From assembly GCA_965657355.1 (NCBI GenBank), contig CBFHOE010000003.1, forward strand, positions 277,520-341,519: DNA of 64,000 bases, written 5' to 3'. Every line of letters starts with the position of its first letter. Position 1 is the first letter of the stretch. A model generated the notes under the pieces. The model did no database searches, was not told where the DNA came from, and saw nothing but the letters and a program-made list of their open reading frames with translations. Origin of the DNA: Limisphaerales bacterium. GTDB lineage: Bacteria > Verrucomicrobiota > Verrucomicrobiia > Limisphaerales > JAJOIW01. Both the position numbers and the translations under genes were made by a program. This document shows positions 9,928-18,520 of this stretch, piece after piece.

Positions 9928-11199
9928 CTATATGCCAGTAAGGCTGGTGATTATCGTTCTTAAACTTCGCCTCAGAGCTCCGTAGCCATAGAATTTTTTT
10001 GCTAATTCATAGTTGTCATTAACTATCGATTCTCGGTAGTCCGAGTCAGAGAGTAACCTCTTAACTTCGTTTACGACTTGTGTATTTACGAAGCCGTCCA
10101 TAATTGGGAGCCGGAACCCGTTCGGTTCAATGTCCTGCGCAAAAATAGAATACCTATTGATGACCACTGGAACTTTGAAATAAAAAGCTTCTAATAGAGC
10201 ATTTCCAAAACCTTCATATATGCTGGGGAATGTCACCAAATCTGCATGAGGGTAAATATCCCACAATGTGTAATTTTTTCTGCCAGATTGGTCCAATTGT
10301 CTGAATTCCGAGACTCTATCATCAACGAATCTAAGATCCACATTTTCCTCAGCTGCCAACTCCTCGATCATGTGTTTATATTCTGGCCCCTCGTCACCTG
10401 ATTCGTGAGTGATAACTAATTTACACCTGGGATTATTGAGTTGGCTGATCAGTTTGATAGCGTGTTCGATTCCCTTTCGGGCAACCACACGAGTTGGTTG
10501 AAGTACTAAAATATCGTCCTCTGCGATGCCGATTTCTTGTCTGAAATCCTTGGAATAGTTGTCTACCTTAGGAGGGTCTGCCTCAAAATGAAAAACATTC
10601 GGGATGAGCAAAGATGAGACTCCTTTTCTCAAAGAAAGTTGTTCTTGTGCGGCTTGGTTGATCACCACATGCCTGACCGAGTTTCCACGAGCAGGGAAGG
10701 CCATGTCCAAATAATCATGAACGGAATTAATGGAGAATCGAGATCGTTCCCAATAAAAATCGTGATGGTGTGCAATCACCGGTATTTGAGTTTCCGCTAT
10801 AAACTCAGTCACAGCAATTCCAAACGGTAGATGCATTGGTATTGTCAGAACATTTTGAGGTATGAGTAAATTTATATCAAATTTATCAACAAATTCATAC
10901 AGGGTTGATTTGAGATATTCCGCTACCTCTCGTATTCTTTCAGAGACAATGGGAGGCCTTTTGGAAATCCCCCAAATATATTTATTAATCCAAACGATTT
11001 CAGGGTGCGCGAAATGGGCCTCGGGAACACACATGCTGATTGAAGGATCTCGATCGAGAAGCCCTGCATACCAAAAGGAAACATTTCTGTCTTCCCATAA
11101 AACTTCTGCCCATTTTGCACTTTCTAGTGACACTCCGTCATTTCCAGCAAATCTGGTGGAAACGAATCCGACCCTAAGTCCATCTGTTACGCTGTCCAT
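9928..11199 (-). CDS. Glycosyltransferase family 4 (MggA-like, possible mannosylglucosyl-3-phosphoglycerate synthase)
   Basis: STRFAGNDGVSLE, HHHDFYWER, QPTRVVARKGIE, PSIYEGFGNALLEA; context next to gpgS. Confidence 0.75.
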   Translation of the reverse strand: MDSVTDGLRVGFVSTRFAGNDGVSLESAKWAEVLWEDRNVSFWYAGLLDRDPSISMCVPEAHFAHPEIVWINKYIWGISKRPPIVSERIREVAEYLKSTLYEFVDKFDINLLIPQNVLTIPMHLPFGIAVTEFIAETQIPVIAHHHDFYWERSRFSINSVHDYLDMAFPARGNSVRHVVINQAAQEQLSLRKGVSSLLIPNVFHFEADPPKVDNYSKDFRQEIGIAEDDILVLQPTRVVARKGIEHAIKLISQLNNPRCKLVITHESGDEGPEYKHMIEELAAEENVDLRFVDDRVSEFRQLDQSGRKNYTLWDIYPHADLVTFPSIYEGFGNALLEAFYFKVPVVINRYSIFAQDIEPNGFRLPIMDGFVNTQVVNEVKRLLSDSDYRESIVNDNYELAKKFYGYGALRRSLRTIITSLTGI

Positions 11200-11324
11200 T
11201 TTGGCATTTTCTTAACAAAAACTGAGGCAACTTATTTCAGAAACCTACGAAAATCAAAGCACAATAGATTCGAAATCGAATAGTCAGGCTTTTAATCCTC
11301 TATTCGTCCGTTTATATTGACTTT

Positions 11325-12503
11325 ATGGAAAGGCAAATGCCAGCGCTTAATCCAATTTTAAATAAATTAGATGAGATTAAAGAACAAACTGCCCAGAACA
11401 AAGAAATCTTATTAGCCAATCTTGTGATGGCTGGAGAAATTCCAGCAGAAACATTTAAGGAGCAAAATAGGAAGACCTTCATGTTGGACAGGTTTCGTGA
11501 ATGCGGCCTCGACAAAATCTCTACTGATGAAGTCGACAATGCATACGCTATTCTCCCAGGTAAGACCAATCGCAATATTTTAGTTTCGGCGCACATGGAC
11601 ACCTTGTTTCCCAACACCGTTGATCACACGGTTCGCGTGGAACAAGAAGTCATCACAGGTGCAGGGATAGCCGATAACAGTCTCGGAGTAGCCGTTGTCA
11701 CATCGCTTCCTACCCTATTGCAGGAGATGGGGATTCAATTTCAATCTAACATCTTGCTGATGGGAGCCTCTAGAAGTTTGGGTAGAGGGAACTTGCAAGG
11801 CATTTCTTTTTTCCTAGAAAATTTTTCATCACCAATTGAGGCTGGGATTTTTGTTGAAGGGGTTAATTTGGGAAGAGTTTCATACAATAGCCTCGGAATG
11901 CTAAGAGGAGAAGTCATGCTTAGAAGTAAAATTTCTAATAATGATTCGGGAATGACCACGGGAACTATCGAATCTTTGGCAGAGCTTATTTCAAAACTTC
12001 AAACGATCCCTATTCCTAATAAACCGAAGACTCAAATTTTATTGGGCTCATGTCATGCTGGGAAGTCCTTTAATAAACCAGCTGATGAAGCAAGGTTGAG
12101 GTTTGAAGTGACCAGCGAAGAGGTTGGTATGGTATCCCGCATAAACGACCATGTTTGTGAGATCATTCAGGAGATAGAAAGTGAATCTGGCCTAAACATT
12201 TGGTTAGAGGAAATAGCCAGGCGCAAACCAGGTGGCATTGGGTTTTCCCATCCATTGACCTCAATGGCTCGCAAAACCCTGAACAAATTGCGAGTGACAC
12301 CGACAGTCAGACCAAGTATGGGTGAACTGTCTGCTCTTATCGATAGATCCATCCCAGGTCTCACCCTGGGAATCACGAAAGCGGCAACTCATGATTTTAA
12401 TAAAGAAGCTGTGTATATAGAACCAATGTATTCTGGAATTGCTCAGCTGATAGCTGTTCTTATGTCAATTGATGAAGGGATTTGTAATGAAAGCAAAAAT
12501 TGA
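11325..12503 (+). CDS. M20/M28-family metallopeptidase-like protein (catalytic EE motif degenerate)
   Basis: VSAHMDTLF, GAGIADNSLG and a dimerisation domain; the usual GEEGLG segment reads RSLGRG. Confidence 0.75.
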   Translation: MERQMPALNPILNKLDEIKEQTAQNKEILLANLVMAGEIPAETFKEQNRKTFMLDRFRECGLDKISTDEVDNAYAILPGKTNRNILVSAHMDTLFPNTVDHTVRVEQEVITGAGIADNSLGVAVVTSLPTLLQEMGIQFQSNILLMGASRSLGRGNLQGISFFLENFSSPIEAGIFVEGVNLGRVSYNSLGMLRGEVMLRSKISNNDSGMTTGTIESLAELISKLQTIPIPNKPKTQILLGSCHAGKSFNKPADEARLRFEVTSEEVGMVSRINDHVCEIIQEIESESGLNIWLEEIARRKPGGIGFSHPLTSMARKTLNKLRVTPTVRPSMGELSALIDRSIPGLTLGITKAATHDFNKEAVYIEPMYSGIAQLIAVLMSIDEGICNESKN

Positions 12504-13473
12504 AAACTGGCTGGAAAATAAGACATTTCACCACTCTCAATTCTGGGACCTCTTAAAGCTGGTTGAGCAAAAGGAGAAAAAGGGACTTAAGATATCACTG
12601 TGCATTCCTGCCCTGAATGAAGAGAAAACCATTGGTAAGGAAATCGTGATATTCAAGAGCGAATTAGTTAATAGATATCCTCTTATTGATGAAATCGCTG
12701 TTATCGATTCTGGCTCTACGGATAAAACTTTGGAGGTCGCTGCATCTTTCGGCGCAGATACCTATTTAGCTGAAGATATTTTGCCCGAAGCTGGGCACAA
12801 GAAGGGAAAAGGGGAAAACCTTTGGAAAGCCATTTATCAGTTAAAAGGTGATATTATTGTTTACGTTGATGCTGACATAGCCAATATTCACCCGAGATTC
12901 GTTTATGGTCTGGTCGGCCCGTTGTTGTATGAAGATGAGATAAAGTATGTCAAAGCCTTCTATGACCGACCATTGGCCTTTTCACAAGGCGTTCGACCTT
13001 CCGGCGGTGGGCGTGTGACAGAAATATTAGTCAGGCCCCTTTTCTCGATGTTCCTTCCGGAGTTATCGGCCATCATTCAACCTCTTTCTGGGGAGTATGC
13101 CGTCAGGCGCGATGTCCTGGAAAAAATCGCTTTTCCTATTGGATACGGTGTCGAGACCTCCCACATCCTTGATGTTTATAAACAATGGGGAATGAATGCT
13201 TTCGCCCAAACCGATTTAGATCAACGTGTCCACAGAAATCAAGCCACGACAGCACTCGGGAAAATGTCATTTGGGATCTTGCAAAGCTTTCTGACAAGGC
13301 TTGAACAATTTGATATGATCAAAGACATGGCGGAGCTTCAAAAGATATACAGACATTTTGAAGCTCAAGATAGTGAATACCGAATTATTGAAAAGGAAAT
13401 TCAGGAAGAGGAGCGTCCGCCAATGATGACCATTCCTGCCTATCGAGATAAATTTCATCCTACTAAGAGCTAA
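12487..13473 (+). CDS. gpgS: Glucosyl-3-phosphoglycerate synthase (GT81)
   Basis: IPALNEE, DSGSTD, GKGENLWK, DAD, GGGRVTE, QPLSGEYA, GYGVE, RVHRNQ. Confidence 0.92.
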   Translation: MKAKIENWLENKTFHHSQFWDLLKLVEQKEKKGLKISLCIPALNEEKTIGKEIVIFKSELVNRYPLIDEIAVIDSGSTDKTLEVAASFGADTYLAEDILPEAGHKKGKGENLWKAIYQLKGDIIVYVDADIANIHPRFVYGLVGPLLYEDEIKYVKAFYDRPLAFSQGVRPSGGGRVTEILVRPLFSMFLPELSAIIQPLSGEYAVRRDVLEKIAFPIGYGVETSHILDVYKQWGMNAFAQTDLDQRVHRNQATTALGKMSFGILQSFLTRLEQFDMIKDMAELQKIYRHFEAQDSEYRIIEKEIQEEERPPMMTIPAYRDKFHPTKS

Positions 13474-13500
13474 ACTTGAGTTTTTTTAACAATTAATTAG

Positions 13501-15006
13501 ATGAAGGTTGTCATAGTTCATTATCATTTGAAGAGAGGTGGAGTCACTAAGGTACTGGAATCCTCAGTTCCCCTTCTCAGCGATTTGGGCCATGAACTTG
13601 TCGTGTTATCCAGTGATTTACCTTCCACCGATTCTCCTCTCTATTCCTATTGTCAATGTGTTCCTGAATTGGCGTATGACAATGATTTTGACATTCAGGG
13701 TGAATCTGGACTTGCCCGAAGACTTTTAGAGTCGGCCCGCATGAAGCTAGGCTCCTCACCAGATATTTGGCATTTTCACAACCATCATTTGGGAAAGAAT
13801 TTTAGGCTCACCAAAGCGGTGGGGGATCTTGGCCAAATGGGCGAGCACCTACTACTCCACATTCATGATTTCCCAGAAGACGGTCGGCAGATTAATTATA
13901 GTTGCTTGAGATTTGCCGCCAGTGCAGTCAACAAAAGTCTTTCCGAATACCTATACCCTCATGGAGAGGCATCTAACATCCATTACGGTGTCTTAAACAA
14001 TCGCGATTACAACATTTTAAATCAAAGTGGTTTGACAGATCAGAATTTGCACCTGATTCCCAATCCCATCTCTAACTTTGAATCTGAAAATGGTATTCAA
14101 AATGAAGCCTCTCATACTCGCGATATGATATGCAAAAAGGGGGAGTCGCAATTTCTTCTTTATCCCAGTCGGTGCATTCGCAGGAAGAATATTGGAGAAG
14201 CCATTCTTTGGGGGCTTATTTCATCACAATTAGATAACCCATATCATATTGGGCTGACCTTAAAGCCTGAAAATCCCAAGGCACTCGACATATATAATAA
14301 TTGGGTAGAGTGGGGGGAAGAACTGGCTTTGCCTGTTAGCTTTGAGCTCGGGAATAGCTCCCGATGGTCATTCCGCGATTTGCTCAATGCCTGTGATGGT
14401 TTCCTCACGACGAGTGTCGCGGAAGGATTCGGCCTGGCATTTCTTGAGCCTTGGTTGATGAACAAAGGAATAGTCGGTAGAAACCTACCCGATATAACCA
14501 GCGATTTCTCAAGTATTGGGGTTGATTTTGGCGAATCTCTTTATGATAAGATAATGGTTCCCCTTGATTGGTTAGCTCACAAGAAGATAGATTTTATTGG
14601 CGATTTTACAAGAGCGGTAGAACAGTCTTATGATGCGTATTCTTGTGATCTTTCCCAAGATCAACTTCAGGCAGCGTTGGAAGAAATGATAGTCGAGGGC
14701 AGGGTAGACTTTGGGCGATTAAGCGAAAACCATATGAATGCTATTTTGGCTGCGCTCAGGTCAGATACAGATATGGTCCTGGAGATTGTTCCACGCGAAC
14801 TCCCTTCTTTGCCATCATCTGAATTAATCGATTCTAACAAGTCTGTTATTTTAGATCATTATTCGGCTGAAAAATATGTTATTGGATTGGGGCATATTTA
14901 TAAATCAATTGGAGAAGGGAATGCCGGGCATGGCGGGGTCGTCTCAGCTGAAAAGGTTTTGAGTTCTTTTTTACATCCGGGCAATTTCAAATTTCTGTGC
15001 ACATAA
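13501..15006 (+). CDS. Glycosyltransferase family 4-like protein
   Basis: HYHLKRGGVT, HIHDFPED, YPSRCIRRKNIGE, TTSVAEGFGLAFLEPW. Confidence 0.8.
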   Translation: MKVVIVHYHLKRGGVTKVLESSVPLLSDLGHELVVLSSDLPSTDSPLYSYCQCVPELAYDNDFDIQGESGLARRLLESARMKLGSSPDIWHFHNHHLGKNFRLTKAVGDLGQMGEHLLLHIHDFPEDGRQINYSCLRFAASAVNKSLSEYLYPHGEASNIHYGVLNNRDYNILNQSGLTDQNLHLIPNPISNFESENGIQNEASHTRDMICKKGESQFLLYPSRCIRRKNIGEAILWGLISSQLDNPYHIGLTLKPENPKALDIYNNWVEWGEELALPVSFELGNSSRWSFRDLLNACDGFLTTSVAEGFGLAFLEPWLMNKGIVGRNLPDITSDFSSIGVDFGESLYDKIMVPLDWLAHKKIDFIGDFTRAVEQSYDAYSCDLSQDQLQAALEEMIVEGRVDFGRLSENHMNAILAALRSDTDMVLEIVPRELPSLPSSELIDSNKSVILDHYSAEKYVIGLGHIYKSIGEGNAGHGGVVSAEKVLSSFLHPGNFKFLCT

Positions 15007-15942
15007 GTGAGTAATTTATCCCATAATATACCTGTCGGAACGCAGGAATCGGTTAAGCAAATTATCAGAAACAATTCGCGATCAATAGTGCCAGATTTGC
15101 CTGATTGGGATTTTGATGTTTCTCCAATACCTCCTTTTTCCGCAGTTGTTTTTGATGTTTACGGGACAATGGTATGCTCTGGTGTAGGGGATATTTCTCT
15201 GACTCAAGAGTCAACCGGGAATAAGTATTTTTTTGATGCTCTGCGTCACTCCATCGGCAATGCAGAGGAGTGGATTGATTGTGCTCATTCCAAAAACTTT
15301 TCTCCTCGAAAAGCATTTCGTGATCTCATATTGAAGGAACACGAAGCCGGGCGAATCAAGGGGATTGAATTTCCTGAAGTTGATATTCTCAAGATATGGG
15401 AAAATTTATTGTCTCGGTGGGGGAGTGATAGCTTATTTCAAAATCTGACGAATCATGATTTAGCAATCGTGGCAACACACTATGAATTTGCTGTAAATCC
15501 AGTGTGGTTATACAAGGGTGTTAAAGAGACTTTAAAAAAATTACATACCAATTCTATCCCGATGGGAATCGTGTCAAATTCTCAATTTTATACGCCATTA
15601 ATGTTGGAAGTATTTTTGGATAATGATCTCCCCTCGGCAGGGTTTGATCCGAGATTGTGTGTTTGGTCGTATAAAGAATTCGTAGGCAAGCCTGATAAAA
15701 AGATATACGAGATTGCAGCAGCGCGTCTCTTTGAGCATTATCAAATAAAACCCAATGACGTTTTATATATTGGGAATGACATGCTAAAAGATGTGGTGGC
15801 ATCGCAATCAGTAGGATTTAAAGCCGCCCTCTTTGCTGGTGATAAGCAGTCATTGAGGCTAAAGAAAAACGACCCTTTATGCTTCAATAAAAATCCAGAC
15901 TGGGTTTTCAATAACTGGGAAAATGCTATTGAGATGGCTTAG
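15007..15942 (+). CDS. HAD-family hydrolase (probable phosphatase for the glycosyl-phosphoglycerate intermediate)
   Basis: HAD motifs FDVYGT, IVSNS, GKPD, IGNDMLKDV. Confidence 0.85.
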   Translation: MSNLSHNIPVGTQESVKQIIRNNSRSIVPDLPDWDFDVSPIPPFSAVVFDVYGTMVCSGVGDISLTQESTGNKYFFDALRHSIGNAEEWIDCAHSKNFSPRKAFRDLILKEHEAGRIKGIEFPEVDILKIWENLLSRWGSDSLFQNLTNHDLAIVATHYEFAVNPVWLYKGVKETLKKLHTNSIPMGIVSNSQFYTPLMLEVFLDNDLPSAGFDPRLCVWSYKEFVGKPDKKIYEIAAARLFEHYQIKPNDVLYIGNDMLKDVVASQSVGFKAALFAGDKQSLRLKKNDPLCFNKNPDWVFNNWENAIEMA

Positions 15943-16357
15943 AGTCAATGATTGCTTCTTGAGTTAAAGCTTGGATTTTAGTTAATCCAGCTTGTTGCAC
16001 GGATTGCCAAATTCTCATCACGATGCCATACGGAGCATCTTTATCTGCGTTCAGCGCGATTCGGGTTTCAGGATTTTTTCGGGCAATATCCTCAAAAACA
16101 AACTTAATATCCTCTATGTCAGTAAGTGCTTGGTTGATATAGATGGCTGGAGGGGTCGTTGTGATAGATACAACTACAACTTCTGGTTTTTCGGTGCTGG
16201 TTGATTCACCTGCTCTCGGTAAATTAATCTCCACAACAGGAAATTTTCTAAAAGATGTCGTAACGAGCAAAAAAATGAGGACGACCAATAATATGTCAAT
16301 CAATGGCACGATAAGAATTTCAGGCGATCTTTTGGGTTTTGGAGAACCAAATGCCAT
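15926..16357 (-). CDS. exbD: Biopolymer transporter ExbD/TolR
   Basis: IVPLIDILLVVLIFLLVTTSF, INLP, LNADKDAPYG. Confidence 0.9.
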   Translation of the reverse strand: MAFGSPKPKRSPEILIVPLIDILLVVLIFLLVTTSFRKFPVVEINLPRAGESTSTEKPEVVVVSITTTPPAIYINQALTDIEDIKFVFEDIARKNPETRIALNADKDAPYGIVMRIWQSVQQAGLTKIQALTQEAIIDSKPSQ

Positions 16358-16359
16358 GT

Positions 16360-16983
16360 TTAGCTATCCTCCTCGGTATCTGAATCAGGTTGGTAGAGCT
16401 CTTTGTAAATTTCATCGCAGAGGGATTCCATTTGAGCTCCGACTATTTCTACTCGTCTTTGAAAAACATGCCAGCCGATTACGCTTGGGATTGAAACGAT
16501 AAGTCCTGCGAAGGTCGTCATTAGGGCTATACCTATTCCTTTAGCCAAATCCATATTATCCACATTTGATACGTCACTAATTGATCCGAAAAGATAAATA
16601 AGCCCTTGGATAGTTCCAGCCAAGCCAAGCAATGGTGCTATGGTGGTTACGATTTCCAATGTGCGAAGTCCTCTCTGTAGGCGCAGTTGGGTTTCTTGCC
16701 CTAATGTATTTAGCAACTGACGATTTTCAGTCAGGCTTCTATCTTTATTTTCAAGAACATGCCGGACTAGTTTACCTGCAGGTGAGGTGAAAATTTTTTC
16801 ATTAGGTGACATTTCATGTCTGGAGAATTTTTTTACCCAATGAATGAGAAAATCAGGTATGACCTTTGATGACCGAAGGTCATATGCCTTTTCAAGAATT
16901 ACAGTCAAGGAAACAAGGGAGCAGATACCGATGGGAATCATCAAAGGGCCGCCTTGTTCCAGAAATTTCCAAGCTGTTTCCAT
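16360..16983 (-). CDS. exbB: MotA/TolQ/ExbB proton channel protein
   Basis: GGPLMIPI, IAPLLGLAGTIQG, GIGIALMTTFAGL. Confidence 0.9.
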   Translation of the reverse strand: METAWKFLEQGGPLMIPIGICSLVSLTVILEKAYDLRSSKVIPDFLIHWVKKFSRHEMSPNEKIFTSPAGKLVRHVLENKDRSLTENRQLLNTLGQETQLRLQRGLRTLEIVTTIAPLLGLAGTIQGLIYLFGSISDVSNVDNMDLAKGIGIALMTTFAGLIVSIPSVIGWHVFQRRVEIVGAQMESLCDEIYKELYQPDSDTEEDS

Positions 16984-17143
16984 ACTAGATCGAATCTCCC
17001 GATAAGCGCGTTGTTGAGTCGGTTTTTTGGGCTGTGAAATGGAGTGGGCTTTTCACAGTGGTGATAGGAAAGCATGCCGATAAACTTATTAAAATGTGAT
17101 TCCTTTGCATATTGGTAATTAATTGTAAGTCCAACTGATATTC

Positions 17144-18253
17144 TTATCTGTAAATAAAGGTAAAGATTATGTCTCTATATGGTTTTCCAATTTCATTTCG
17201 CATCTTCTTAGTCCATTTTCCAAACGGTGCGGCGTTTTCAATGGCATCTTGACAAGAAGCTGTAAATAACGAACCCACGGCCGTTTCCAATACTTTTGTT
17301 TCCTCTATGCTTCCTGATTCGTGCAGCCTGAACTTGATCTTAACGACACCTCTATCCACAGAGCCAGCAATCAGATTTGAAATATACTTATACCAGGTAT
17401 TTTGAATGGACACTTGCAGCCTGAGGTCGTAATCACCAAAAGACTTGTTTGAAGCATCCACCATGCCGGTGGCTCCCGGGTTTTTATCCGATTGGCTCAA
17501 TATCCTCGTCTTTTCTCCAACAAGATTTTTTGCTTTCTTAGCCTCTCTTAAATTTCTAGGCCTTTTTTTGCGGGGGCGGGACGAAGGGGGGGCAGGCTTG
17601 GCGGCTTCAGGAGGTTCGATTAGGGCCTTTTTCCTATCAGGTGCATCTGTGTTAATATCCTGGTTTACATTGATTTTATCGATGGCCGGAAATTCACTCT
17701 CTTTCTCATCGGCGGTCAGAGCTGGAGGAGTTCCCTTATTGTCTGGCAAAGTTGGAGGCCTGACAGATATTGCAGCAGATGATCCTTCCCCGTTTTCGAG
17801 GTTATCAGAGTTGTCATCTTCTAGTGGTTCCGCTTGCTCTGATTGGTTGGAATCTTCGCTTTCTGATTCATCCGGTTGAAGCTGGGAGGTTACTGATTCC
17901 TCGAGGGTGACATCCTCGAGTCTAAGAATATCTTCTTGCTCGCCTTCTTGTGGTGCTAAATTGGTATCTTCTTTAGTTGGATCCTCTGTGTGTGCTTGAG
18001 AATCCTGATTAGAGTAATATGGCGTTTCTTCATCAGGTGGACTTTGTGCAGTCGAAGGGACTTCTACAAAAACCATGTCCAATAGTTGTTTTTGGGGCTC
18101 GATCCTTGCAGGTTTTTCAGAGACTTCCGGAAATAATTGACTCATCAAATTCATTCCGGGGCCGTTGAAGAACAAATAGATGGCGACATGGATAAATACC
18201 GCTGCGAAAAAAGCAACTATTCTCAATGCTCGTTCCTTGCCATCAGTCATCAC
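17144..18253 (-). CDS. TonB/TolA-like energy transducer
   Basis: N-terminal TM with His (AVFIHVAI), acidic/Pro-rich linker, C-terminal TonB_C/TolA-like domain (IQNTW...GVVKIKFRLHESG...AIENAAPF); upstream of exbB/exbD. Confidence 0.75.
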   Translation of the reverse strand: MMTDGKERALRIVAFFAAVFIHVAIYLFFNGPGMNLMSQLFPEVSEKPARIEPQKQLLDMVFVEVPSTAQSPPDEETPYYSNQDSQAHTEDPTKEDTNLAPQEGEQEDILRLEDVTLEESVTSQLQPDESESEDSNQSEQAEPLEDDNSDNLENGEGSSAAISVRPPTLPDNKGTPPALTADEKESEFPAIDKINVNQDINTDAPDRKKALIEPPEAAKPAPPSSRPRKKRPRNLREAKKAKNLVGEKTRILSQSDKNPGATGMVDASNKSFGDYDLRLQVSIQNTWYKYISNLIAGSVDRGVVKIKFRLHESGSIEETKVLETAVGSLFTASCQDAIENAAPFGKWTKKMRNEIGKPYRDIIFTFIYR

Positions 18254-18520
18254 TTTAATGTCCCGTTTTAATGCAAATGTATAAGAAAACAGTCAAAATT
18301 CTAAGAAGTTTCGTAAACATTTGTCCTCAGCATTCTTCTGATGAAATTAAAACGATCCTCAACAGCTCTCTTTCACGGATAGCTCCAAATGCAAAAACGA
18401 TTCGTTAATTTTTCATAATTGATTGTGGCTAAAGCATTTTAGCAAACGGACGATTCAATTAGAGGAACGCATGTTTTCGATAATCACTGGTTTTTCAATG
18501 GACTAAATTTATAGTCGCCT

